DNA from: Nemertoderma westbladi
Lineage: Eukaryota > Animalia > Xenacoelomorpha
NCBI GenBank assembly: GCA_032718475.1
Contig: JAUCBJ010006453.1
Location: forward strand, 1-36,479
Length of the DNA: 36,479 bases
Direction of reading: 5' to 3'
The number at the start of each line of letters is the position of its first letter. Positions within the stretch are counted from its first letter, which is position 1. Shown here in pieces: positions 12,430 through 23,800 of the stretch. Made by a program: the position numbers and the translations under genes. The notes beneath the pieces are model-generated. The model searched no databases. It was not told the DNA's origin and saw only the letters and a list, made by a program, of their open reading frames with translations.

Positions 12430-12479
12430 CAAGGCCATCTAAACAACTATTTATATATATAGTTATTTAGATGGCCTTG
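12430..12479. mobile_element. 50-bp P-element-type MITE with 8-bp TSD
   Basis: 21-bp TIRs CAAGGCCATCTAAA(C/T)AACTAT with one mismatch, 8-bp AT spacer, flanked by GCTACACC at 12422-12429 and 12480-12487. Confidence 0.85.
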
Positions 12480-12560
12480 GCTACACCACTTACCCCGAAC
12501 ATTTTGGGTATGTAATTATTATTATATTTATTAGTAATATTGATCAACTAATTAACTTAC

Positions 12561-12956
12561 TTGATCTTGTTGTCCAATAAATATATTTATCGCTGGAAAC
12601 GCTACAGATCCAGTAAAGTTATGTCCAGATTTGGGTGAAATGGCTTGTTTGTTTTGGTTTGAATAGACGAGAGGTAATTTAGCTGTAGTTTTGCTAATTG
12701 GTTGAGTAGGATTGGGTGAGGAAACTTCATGTGAACCCTCTAAAGATGATTGAGGTTTTGTATCTGATTTAATGTTGTTGACAGGCTGTTCAGGATTAAT
12801 TATATTCTGGAATATTTGAACCAACGCTTGATCTATGGGTCTTTCGGAACCATATTGCCCAAGGTTTATTGATTGAAGTGGTTCTGCCGTTCCATAAGTA
12901 TTGTTCAGCAATAGAGCCGCCACAACACAGCACATGAAATTAAGTTTTTCCTTCAT
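12561..12956 (-). CDS. Exon 1 of secreted EGF-array protein: signal peptide + low-complexity linker
   Basis: MKEKLNFMCCVVAALLLNNTYGTA is signal-peptide-like. Consensus donor CAA|GTAAGT at 12560, phase 0, matching the phase-0 acceptor at 9778. Extra small exons in the 2.8-kb intron cannot be excluded. Confidence 0.75.
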
Positions 12957-14163
12957 TTTCTACTTTCACTAAAATGAAGAACGCAAAGATTATTAAAAAT
13001 TAAATTAATTAATTTGATATTGAAGATATTTAAACTTGTATGTGTATCTTTCTGAAATATAAATATATCGCGAAAAAATGTAAACAGCTTTGTAATATAG
13101 TTTTCAAGGGAGATTTTTATTTTTCATAAATACATCTTATTCGACGTGAATCGTTTTAATTTCTGACTAAAATATGTTATGTGGTAGTGTGTAATGATGC
13201 GTTCCGTGATATCAGTTTTTTTTTACATATCCTACTCCCTGCCTTAATTTGTGCTAAACTGAATATTGTCCTAATTCGCTCGACCTAGTAATATTTCGAC
13301 ATCTCGAATTTTATATTGTCCAAGACCTTGTTTGTATGTTACATCAGGTATACTACAGAAGTAATAAATAATTGTACAATATTATAAACAAAATTCCAAT
13401 ATGATAGAATTGTTCAATAACAAAGGAATGTTGTCAGTCTCACAAAATGAGTAATAATGCCGGAGTTTGAGGATTAAAATGGAGTTTTCCACTCTACATA
13501 TGTATACTTTTAATAAACATATGGCAAAATCGACATCCTTTGCACTACCATACTGTAAGCACGTAGAAACTACTGGGATGATTGGATCCCCACAAAGTAT
13601 TATGTACATTATATTTCTGTGGCATCTATCTACACTGTAGAAGATGTACTGTCTCAACATCAATTGGTCCGTGGAATTGTTTTGCAATTTACAATCCAAG
13701 TTCCAGCAGTAGCATATTTTAATGGGCAACCTCTACCTTTATTGCATACGCCTTTTAGCATAGAAAGTCTATATTTTCTAATGCATACAGTAGAAATAAA
13801 AGTAGAAATAAAGTGTATGATACATGGACCTTGTTGAATTGTAATATTAAAAAATTTTTCTACGTAATATAATTGATACGTGCAATAAGATACGTGGACC
13901 TTATTGAATTGTAATATTTTTAAAAAAATTGACGCCCCTTAATGGCCGGAGCCAAAATGCATATTTTTGGCTCAAAATACTCCTCCTTCGATATGTTTTA
14001 TTATCAGAAGTTGTATCCTGTTTTTTGGAATCAGCATGTTGGATTACATGAAAAAATTTGAGCTGAATTTTTGTTTCGCACTTTTCAAGGAAAATACCAC
14101 TATTTCTCAAAATTAATATCAAATTTTCGAAAAAGCAGTTTTTTTCGTAAAACAAGTTATAAT

Positions 14164-14653
14164 CCCTCGTGTTAACTAACACGAGGGATCGTGTTAACTA
14201 ACACGAGGATTCGTGTTTAACTAACACGAGGGATCGTGTTTAACTAACACGAGGGATCGTGTTTAACTAACACGAGGGATCGTGTTTAACTAACACGAGA
14301 GATCGTGTTTAACTAACACGAGAGATCGTGTTTAACTAACACGAGGGATCGTGTTTAACTAACACGAGGGATCGTGTTTAACTAACACGAGAGATCGTGT
14401 TTAACTAACACGAGGGATCGTGTTTAACTAACACGAGGGATCGTGTTTAACTAACACGAGAGATCGTGTTTAACTAACACGAGGGATCGTGTTAACTAAC
14501 ACGAGGGATCGTGTTAACTAACACGAGGGATCGTGTTAACTAACACGAGAGATCGTGTTTAACTAACACGAGGGATCGTGTTTAACTAACACGAGGGATC
14601 GTGTTTAACTAACACGAGGGATCGTGTTAACTAACACGTGCCCTCGTGTTAAC
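14164..14653. repeat. 22/23-bp tandem repeat, about 21 copies (ACACGAGGGATCGTGTTTAACTA)
   Basis: Read directly; each unit contains the inverted repeat AACACGA-GGGA-TCGTGTT. Confidence 0.95.
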
Positions 14654-15405
14654 TGTTAGTAGTAACTGCTAGGGTTCGTTAGGATGTGATGGACTGCATT
14701 GCAATTACATGGAATAGTAATTGCAGCTAAATGTTGCCATGATTGTTTTAGCATAAGCTGGTTTCAATGGGAGATAGGAAGGAATGTGTTGCTATTATAT
14801 CAAATTAATTTCACATTAAACAGATTTGTGTTAACTATCTTCAACGTTTACGATTTCCCTTCCCTTATGAGCTATTATTCCATCCATCTGTGTTGGACGT
14901 AGGGGATATTTTGGTTACAATAGACTTGCACATACATACATACATACAAACAAACAAGAACGTTCTCCATACGGAGCCCGGGAAGGAACAAAATTTATAA
15001 AATGAGCCAACATGAACCATTATCCTGTTAGTAACACGAGAGCTGGTGATGTTAACTTTTTTTTATAATTAAACTTTTAATATTATTTTATTAATTGAAC
15101 CATAGTTAGGCATAGTTTGCCAAAATTGGAAATCCACTTTGGGAAATCACCATGGACCATGTTTTGCATGGTTATCCACCAGGTCAAGAAAAGCCCAAAA
15201 ATGATATTTTTAAAGTATTCTGTCATTTGGTTTTCGGGATATCGACATTTTTCAATTTTTGAAAAAATACCAGCGGAAATTTTCAAAATTATGTGCCAGA
15301 ATTAATTAAATCACCATGTACAATTGTTATTCAAAAGTGAAAGTTTCATCGTAGTGACTATTTAAATACAATCTATTAAACACATTTTGAAATAAACTTG
15401 GAGTT

Positions 15406-17580
15406 GCTACTGTCCCAGGGGGCTGCTGTCCGGGGGGCTACTGTCTGGGGGGCTACTGTCCCTGGGGGCTGCTGTCCGGGGGGCTACTGTCTGGGGGGCT
15501 ACTGTCCCTGGGGGCTGCTGTCCGGGGGGCTACTGTCTGGGGGGCTACTGTCCCTGGGGGCTGCTGTCCGGGGGGCTACTGTCTGGGAGGCTACTGTCTG
15601 GGGGGTGCTGTCCGGGGGGCTACTGTCTGGGGGGCTACTGTCCCTGGGGGCTACTGTCTGGGGGGCTACTGTCTGGGAGGCTACTGTCTGGGGAGCTACT
15701 GTTCCTGGGGGCTGCTGTCCGGGGGGGCTGCTGTCTGGGGGCTACTGTCTGGGGGGCTGCTATCCGGGGGGCTACTGTCTGGGGGGCTATTATCCCTGGG
15801 GGGCTGCTGTCCGGGGGGCTACTGTCCCTGGGGGCTGCTGTCCGGGGGGCTACTGTCTGGGGGGCTGCTGTCCGGGGGGCTACTGTCCCTGGGGGCTGCT
15901 GTCTGGGGGGCTACTGTCTGGGGGGCTACTGTCTGGGGGGCTGCTGTCTGGGGGGGCTACTGTCCCTGGGGGCTGCTGTCCGGGGGGCTACTGTCTGGGG
16001 GGCTACTGTCCCTGGGGGCTGCTGTCCGGGGGGCTACTGTCTGGGGGGCTACTGTCCCTGGGGGCTGCTGTCCGGGGGGCTACTGTCTGGGGGGCTACTG
16101 TCCCTGGGGGCTGCTGTCCGGGGGGCTACTGTCTGGGAGGCTACTGTCTGGGGGGTGCTGTCCGGGGGGCTACTGTCTGGGGGGCTACTGTCCCTGGGGG
16201 CTACTGTCTGGGGGGCTACTGTCTGGGAGGCTACTGTCTGGGGAGCTACTGTTCCTGGGGGCTGCTGTCCGGGGGGGCTGCTGTCTGGGGGCTACTGACT
16301 GGGGGGCTGCTATCCGGGGGGCTACTGTCTGGGGGGCTATTATCCCTGGGGGGCTGCTGTCCGGGGGGCTACTGTCCCTGGGGGCTGCTGTCCGGGGGGC
16401 TACTGTCTGGGGGGCTGCTGTCCGGGGGGCTACTGTCTGGGGGGCTACTGTCCCTGGGGGCTGCTGTCTGGGGGGCTACTGTCTGGGGGGCTACTGTCTG
16501 GGGGGCTGCTGTCTGGGGGGGCTACTGTCCCTGTGGGCTGCTGTCCGGGGGGCTACTGTCTGGGGGGCTACTATCCCTGGGGGCTGCTGTCCGGGGGGCT
16601 ACTGTCCGGGGGGCTACTGTCTGGGGGGCTACTATCCCTGAGGGCTGCTGTCCTTGGGGCTACTGTCTGGGGTGCTACTGTCTGGGGGGCTACTGTCTGG
16701 GGGGCTACTGTACCTGGGGGCTGCTGTCCCTGGGGGCTGCTGTCCCTGGGGGCTGCTGTCCCTGGGGGCTGCTGTCCGGGGGGCTGCTGTCCGGGGGGCT
16801 ACTGTCTGGGGGGCTACTGTCCCTGGGGGCTGCTGTCCGGAGGGCTACTGTCTGGGAGGCTACTGTCTGGGGGTGCTGTCCGGGGGGCTACTGTCTGGGG
16901 GGCTACTGTCCTTGGGGGCTACTGTCTGGGGGCTACTGTCTGGGAGGCTACTGTCTGGGGGGCTACTGTCCCTGGGGCTGCTGTCTGGGGGCTACTGTCT
17001 GGGGGGCTGCTGTCCGGGGGGCTACTGTCTGGGGGCTACTGTCCCTGGGGGCTGCTGTCTGGGGGGCTGCTGTCTGGGAGGCTACTGTCTGGGGGGCTAC
17101 TGTCCCTGGGGGCTGCTATCCTGGGGGCTACTGTCTGGGGGGCTACTATCCCTGGGGGCTGCTGTCCGGGGGCTACTGTCTGGGGGCTACTGTCTGGGGG
17201 CTAATGTCCCTGGGGGCTTCTGTCCGGGGGGCTACTGTCTGGGGGGCTACTATCCCTGGGGGCTGCTGTCCGGGGGGCTACTGTCTGGGGAGCTACTATC
17301 CCTGAGGGCTGCTGTCCGTGGGGCTACTGTCCGTGGGGCTACTGTCTGGGGGTCTACTGTCTGGGGTGCTACTGTCTGGGGGGCTACTGTCTGGGGGGCT
17401 ACTGTCCCTGGGGGCTGCTGTCCCTGGGGGCTGCTGTCCCTGGGGGCTGCTGTCCCTGGGGGCTGCTGTCCCTGGGGGCTGCTGTCCCTGGGGGCTGCTG
17501 TCCCTGGGGGCTGCTGTCCCTGGGGGATGCTGTCCCTGGGGGCTGCTGTCCGGGGGGCTACTGTCTGGGGGGCTACTGTC
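15406..17580. repeat. G-rich minisatellite with a unit of about 15 bp, about 145 units (GGGGGGCT[A/G]CTGTC[C/T])
   Basis: Read directly; variants ..ctgtccctggggg, ..ctgtctgggggg, ..ctgtccgggggg; ends ..ctactgtcactggtacc. Confidence 0.97.
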
Positions 17581-17606
17581 ACTGGTACCTACCTGATTAC
17601 CCCTAC

Positions 17607-20600
17607 CTACTACTACTACTACTACTACTACTAGGATCGGCATGCTGCATTGCAGCTGCATTTTTAAGAATGCTGTGCCGGCTTGTCAACAAAATTGCAC
17701 TGCCACAACTCCTTATCACCCATGACATTTGCTAGATCATCCGCATCTTTAAGGCCAGTGTTCTTTAAGATGCGTCTCAAGAAAGTCATGGGCTGTCCAC
17801 CATGCTTATTCACCCCATGAGGCTGCCAATTACAAGATTATGCACTGGCTGGTCCTCACGGCGAAAGCAATGACCTGCAAAGCGGAGGCGATTTTGTTCT
17901 AGTGTCAAGCTTGGGGGAACCAATGAGACACCTCCAATGTTATATAGCGTCTGGTTGGAGATGTGTGCTTTGTACTTGACACAATGAACCCGGCGTAGCA
18001 TTCTTGTGAATGTGCCATCCAGAGATTTGGTGTCCTCAGCAGTTAGAGCCCAGCATGGACTCCCGTAGAGGAGTACTGGAACTACTGCTGCTCTAAATAA
18101 TCGGACCTTAAGTTTCCGATTAATTCTCGGTGACTTCCAAATCCTGGAAAGCCTATTCAAGGCTGCCCATGCCTTTCCCTTACGTATTCGAAGGTCCTCA
18201 CCTGACTTCCGGATCCATGATCCCAGGTAACAGAAGTCGTCCACATGCTCAAGCATACCATCCTTTGAGCTTATGCTCATCCGATCAGAGACTTGCTGAG
18301 GACTTTCAAAGTTAACGGTCAGAATTTTGGTCTTTCTGGAGTTAATAAAAAGACCAACACTAGAAGCAGCATGTTCTAATGAGCTGAGGAGCCGTTGGGC
18401 TCCCTCTAATGATTCTGAGAGTACTCCTAAGTCATCAGCAAAGTCTAGATCAGTTAGGTACTTGGCAGGATTTCCTCGACTTCTGGAGCCAGTAGGTGGA
18501 GTTATCATCAACCCATCATCATTATGATGATCTAAGGACATGCGTAGAACATAGTCAACCACAATAATGAACAAGAATGGTGCAAGTGTGTCTCCTTGGA
18601 GGACGCCCCACAACACTTCAAATGGTTCTGTGTCACCGTCAACAGTAGACACAAATGTTGTCGAACCATCGTATACTGATCTGATTGCTGCAATAATTTC
18701 ATCAGGAATCCCATATAATGAAAGTATGCTGAACATACGTGAGCAAGAGACTGAATCAAAGGCCTTGAATAAGTCAACAAAGATAACAGCCAGATGCCTG
18801 TCTTTCTTTTTTGACAATTCTTCAATTATCCTTCTAAGTGCCAAAATGGGCTCCATGGTCCCACGACCTTTACGGAACCCATTCTGATTTCCAAGGAGCA
18901 GTCTCTCAATGGGATCCCTGATGCGATTTAATAGAATACTATTGTATAGCTTTGCAGCAATCGAGATCAATGAGATTCCCCGAAAAGAACCATAGAGTGT
19001 TAGGTTGCCCTTCTTGGGAACTGGCACCAACTTATTTGTTTTCATTTCTTGTGGGACTCTTGTTGTTCGGTACATGTCTACTATGATGGCATAGATGAGC
19101 TTTAAACACTCAGGTATTTTAAAGACCTCAGGGGGAACACCATCTACTCCACTGGCCCGATTGGTCTTAATGCTCTTTGCAGCAGCCTTCACTTCTGCAA
19201 AGGATATATCGCCAATGGGAATATCTGGGAGTACAGACTCAGACACTTTTACTTCTATAAAGTTATCAGGCAATACCCTGTCATTATTGAGGAGCTTTTC
19301 AAAGTGGGCTTTCCAACCATTGAGGCGATCGGCTGGTGATTCAGCCTTAACCTTGGTGGTTGGCTGGCTTTTCCGCCCAGTAAGCAGATTGATTGATTTC
19401 CATGCCTGTGATGATTGCCTGCTGTCGTCAGCATCATTGATGGCATCAACCTGTTGGTTTATTAGCTCCTGTAGATTAACAGAGTACTGCCTGTTCAGGG
19501 ACCTAGATGCAGCCTTAACTGCATTCTTGGCCGCTGTAGTCTGTTTGAGTCGGGACTCTTTCTGCGCCTTATGAAGGTCATTTCGGCACTTCTGAATTTT
19601 GTTGTCAGTCCAGGGGGCCCTTTTCCTGTTTCGAGGGTTTACAGGAACTGTTTCTGCAGCTGCTAACTTAACTGCTTCTGTAAAGGCAGTATAGCCCTCA
19701 CAGTGATCTGCCGCCTCAGAGGCAAGAGCCTCATACCTGTTGCTCAGCTGTAGTGTGAAGCTGGATCTCACACTTGGCTGTTGCAACAGAGAGGACCAGT
19801 CATGCCGCGGCAAGGCAGATTTCGTTGTTCTGCTAGCACGCAGACTAAGTCTTACCTTGGCCACAATAAGGCGGTGATCACTGGAGAAGGGTCGAAGTGT
19901 AAATGCATTACAGTCTTGTATAGAGCTCCTGTATTTCCTACGAAACAGAATATGGTCTATCTGGGACTTGTGACCACTGGGTCCACTATGAGTCCATAGC
20001 TTTCCAGTTCGCTTCTTGAACTGGGTTCCAGCCGAAAACAATCCATTTCCAGAGATAAAATCCTGAAGATGGACAGAATTTCGGTCAACACTATTGCTAT
20101 AGACCCAGGGCGATGTAGGTGATTGATGCAGACTTGCATTAAAGTCTCCCCGGAATGTTAAGAATGCATGCTGATCCACTCCATCAGTAGCTGCTTGTAG
20201 ATTGTGGTAGAAATTTTCCACCTCCTCTACAGGGGCAACACTAGTTGGAGAGTAGCACACAATCAGAACCACCTTAGGAAACTTCTTAGCCAGTCTTCCA
20301 GAACATGAGAAGTGATGCGGTTAGAGATTTGGTCTATTTTGTCCAATTCCACCATTGCCACTATCATCTGCTGACGCGATGGCGAGTCGCCAACAGCCCC
20401 CCATGTCCTTAATCAGAACCTCATCAGTCTGTCCAGTCTGCATTCGGTGCTCTTGAACACCCACTGCGCTAAGAGAAAGCTTATCTGCCAAGGCGGTCAG
20501 TTCACCTTGTCGCATTGGGGACCCGAGTGTTAGGGTGTTTACTGAGGCTAGTCTAGTGACTTGCCTCAGATTCACCAATGGCTTTGACCCCTACCTGGTA

Positions 20601-20897
20601 ACGCGCTAGTAGCGATTGATTATTACTGCCGTTATTGTAAACACTAATTTGGCTCTGGTTACCCGCCTCCATTCTCAGGTATCCAGAATCTCTGCTGAAT
20701 CTAGGGAAACTTCCTCGGAAACCATGATGCTACCCCCGGAGGGTACCACGAGACTGAAAGCCAGTAGACAGTCCTCTGGAATGAGAACTGGTATGACCTC
20801 TAGTACTTGTGGTATGTAGTACCTGTTGATAACGCTCCTGACCCATTATGTTAACATTATTGGTTGCGATCTACAGCTTCACATTCAGTCTCAGATT
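17607..20897 (-). mobile_element. 5'-truncated non-LTR retrotransposon, RTE group (possibly Proto2 clade), (TAG)n tail
   Basis: APE endonuclease motifs (GVQEHR, CYSPT, GDFNA, SQIDHIL, SDH), RT motifs (QNGFRKGRGT, FVDLFKAFDSV, GVLQGDTLAPFLF, DFADD, YLGS), (CTA)9 at 17607-17633, and an upstream ORF1-like remnant. Confidence 0.93.
17664..20578 (-). pseudogene. LINE ORF2 (endonuclease-reverse transcriptase), disrupted
   Basis: Tracks 20321-20578 and 17810-20272 are one ORF2 broken by a deletion and frameshifts near 20290-20345. A 1-nt deletion near 17830 shifts the C-terminus (compare HNLELWQPHG..KPAQHS* in the intronic copy; ancestral stop at 17666-17664). Confidence 0.88.
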
Positions 20898-23800
20898 CAG
20901 GCAACCTGAAAAGTTCCCTGCGTATTTCGCAGGCAACCTAAAAAGTTGCCTGCATAATTCGCAGGCAACCTGAGTAGTTGCCTGCATATCTTAGAAGTTG
21001 CCTGCGTATTTCCCAGGCAACCTGAAAAGTTCCCTGCGTATTTCGCAGGCAACCTGAAAAGTTCCCTGCGTATTTCGCAGGCAACCTAAAAAGTTGCCTG
21101 CATATTTCGCAGGCAACCTAAGTAGTTGCCTGCATATCTTAGAAGTTGCCTGCGTATTTCGCAGGCACCTGAAAAGTTCCCTGCGTATTTCGCAGGCAAC
21201 CTGAAAAGTTCCCTGCGTATTTCGCAGGCAACCTAAGTAGTTGCCTGCATATCTTAGAAGTTGCCTGCGTATTTCGCAGGCAACCTGAAAAGTTCCCTGC
21301 GTATTTCGCAGGCAACCTAAAAAGTTGCCTGCATATTTCGCAGGCAACCTAAGTAGTTGCCTGCATATCTTAGAAGTTGCCTGCGTATTTCGCAGGCAAC
21401 CTGAAAAGTTCCCTGCGTATTTCGCAGGCAACCTAAGTAATTGCCTGCATATCTTAGAAGTTGCCTGCGTATTTCGCAGGCAACCTGAAAAGTTCCCTGC
21501 GTAATTCGCAGGCAACCTAAAAAGTTGCCTGCATATTTCGCAGGCAACCTAAGTAGTTGCCTGCATATCTTAGAAGTTGCCTGCGTATTTCGCAGGCAAC
21601 CTGAAAAGTTCCCTGCGTATTTCGCAGGCAACCTGAAAAGTTCCCTGCGTATTTCGCAGGCAACCTGAAAAGTTCCCTGCGTATTTCGCAGGCAACCTAA
21701 AAAGTTGCCTGCATATTTCGCAGGCAACCTAAGTAGTTGCCTGCATATCTTAGAAGTTGCCTGCGTATTTCGCAGGCAACCTGAAAAGTTCCCTGCGTAT
21801 TTCGCAGGCAACCTGAAAAGTTCCCTGCGTATTTCGCAGGCAACCTAAAAGGTTGCCTGCATATTTCGCAGGCAACCTAAATAGTTGCCTGCATATCCTA
21901 GAAGTTGCCTGCGTATTTCGCAGGCAACCTGAAAAGTTCCCTGCGTATTTCGCAGGCAACCTGAAAAGTTCCCTGCGTATTTCGCAGGCAACCTAAAAAG
22001 TTGCCTGCATATTTCGCAGGCAACCTAAGTAGTTGCCTGCATATCTTAGAAGTTGCCTGCGTATTTCGCAGGCAACCTGAAAAGTTCCCTGCGTATTTCG
22101 CAGGCAATCTGAAAAGTTCCCTGCGTATTTCGCAGGCAACCTAAAAAGTTGCCTGCATATTTCGCAGGCAACCTAAGTAGTTGCCTGCATATCTTAGAAG
22201 TTGCCTGCGTATTTCGCAGGCAACCTGAAAAGTTCCCTGCGTATTTCGCAGGCAACCTGAAAAGTTCCCTGCGTATTTCGCAAGCAACCTAAAAAGTTGC
22301 CTGCATATTTCGCAGAAGTAGTTGCCTGCATATCTTAGAAGTTGCCTGCGTATTTCGCAGGCAACCTGAAAAGTTCCCTGCGTATTTCGCAGGCAACCTG
22401 AAAAGCTCCCTGCGTATTTCGCAGGCAACCTAAAAAGTTGCCTGCATATTTCGCAGGCAACCTAAGTAGTTGCCTGCATATCCTAGAAGTTGCCTGCGTA
22501 TTTCGCAGGCAACCTGAAAAGTTCCCTGCGTATTTCGCAGGCAACCTGAAAAGTTCCCTGCGTATTTCGCAGGCAACCTAAAAAGTTGCCTGCATATTTC
22601 GCAGGCCAACTAAGTAGTTGCCTGCATATCTTAGAAGTTGCCTGCGTATTTCGCAGGCAACCTGAAAAGTTCCCTGCGTATTTCGCAGGCAACCTGAAAA
22701 GTTCCCTGCGTATTTCGCAGGCAACCTAAAAAGTTGCCTGCATATTTCGCAGGCAACCTAAGTAGTTGCCTGCATATCTTAGAAGTTCCCTGCGTATTTC
22801 GCAGGCAACCTGAAAAGTTCCCTGCGTATTTCGCAGGCAACCTAAGTAATTGCCTGCATATCTTAGAAGTTGCCTGCGTATTTCGCAGGCAACCTGAAAA
22901 GTTCCCTGTGTATTTCGCAGGCAACCTAAAAAGTTGCCTGCATATTTCGCAGGCAACCTAAGTAGTTGCCTGCATATCTTAGAAGTTGCCTGCATATTTC
23001 GCAGGCAACCTGAAAAGTTCCCTGCGTATTTCGCAGGCAACCTGAAAAGTTCCCTGCGTATTTCGCAGGCAACCTAAAAAGTTGCCTGCATATTTCGCAG
23101 GCAACCTAATAAGTTGCCTGCATATTTCGCAGGCAACCTGAAAAGTTCCCTGCGTATTTCGCAGGCAACCTGAAAAGTTCCCTGTGTATTTCGCAGGCAA
23201 CCTAAAAAGTTGCCTGCATATTTCGCAGGCAACCTAAGTAGTTGCCTGCATATCTTAGAAGTTGCCTGCGTATTTCGCAGGCAACCTGAAAAGTTCCCTG
23301 CGTATTTCGCAGGCAACCTGAAAAGTTCCCTGCGTATTTCGCAGGCAACCTAAAAAGTTGCCTGCATATTTCGCAGGCAACCTAAGTAGTTGCCAGCATA
23401 TCCTAGAAGTTGCCTGCGTATTTCGCAGGCAACCTGAAAAGTTCCCTGCATATTTCGCAGGCAACCTGAAAAGTTCCCTGCGTATTTCGAAGGCAACCTA
23501 AAAAGCTGCCTGCATATTTCGCAGGCAACCTAAGTAGTTGCCTGCATATCTTAGAAGTTGCCTGCGTATTTCGCAGGCAACCTGAAAAGTTCCCTGCGTA
23601 TTTCGCAGGCAACCTGAAAAGTTCCCTGCGTATTTCGCAGGCAACCTAAAAAGTTGCCTGCATATTTCGCAGGCAACCTAAGTAGTTGCCTGCATATCTT
23701 AGAAGTTGCCTGCGTATTTCGCAGGCAACCTGAAAAGTTCCCTGCGTATTTCGCAGGCAACCTAAAAAGTTGCCTGCATATTTCGCAGGCAACCTAAGTA

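Noticed and set aside
13382-13837. ORFs upstream of the EGF gene
   Set aside because: Non-ATG starts, no recognisable domain and no supporting splice structure.
14164-14653. CRISPR array (23-bp hairpin repeat)
   Set aside because: Units are directly adjacent with no spacers.
14699-14902. PIF1/Helitron helicase fragment (minus-strand LPLKPAYAKTI)
   Set aside because: The following HKSQG motif is absent and the frame has many stops.
15398-17661. 635-aa and other Gly/Cys-rich ORFs resembling keratin-associated or structural proteins
   Set aside because: The G-rich 15-mer lacks stops in most frames. The peptide switches among three repeat frames with G-run length changes, so no frame is conserved.
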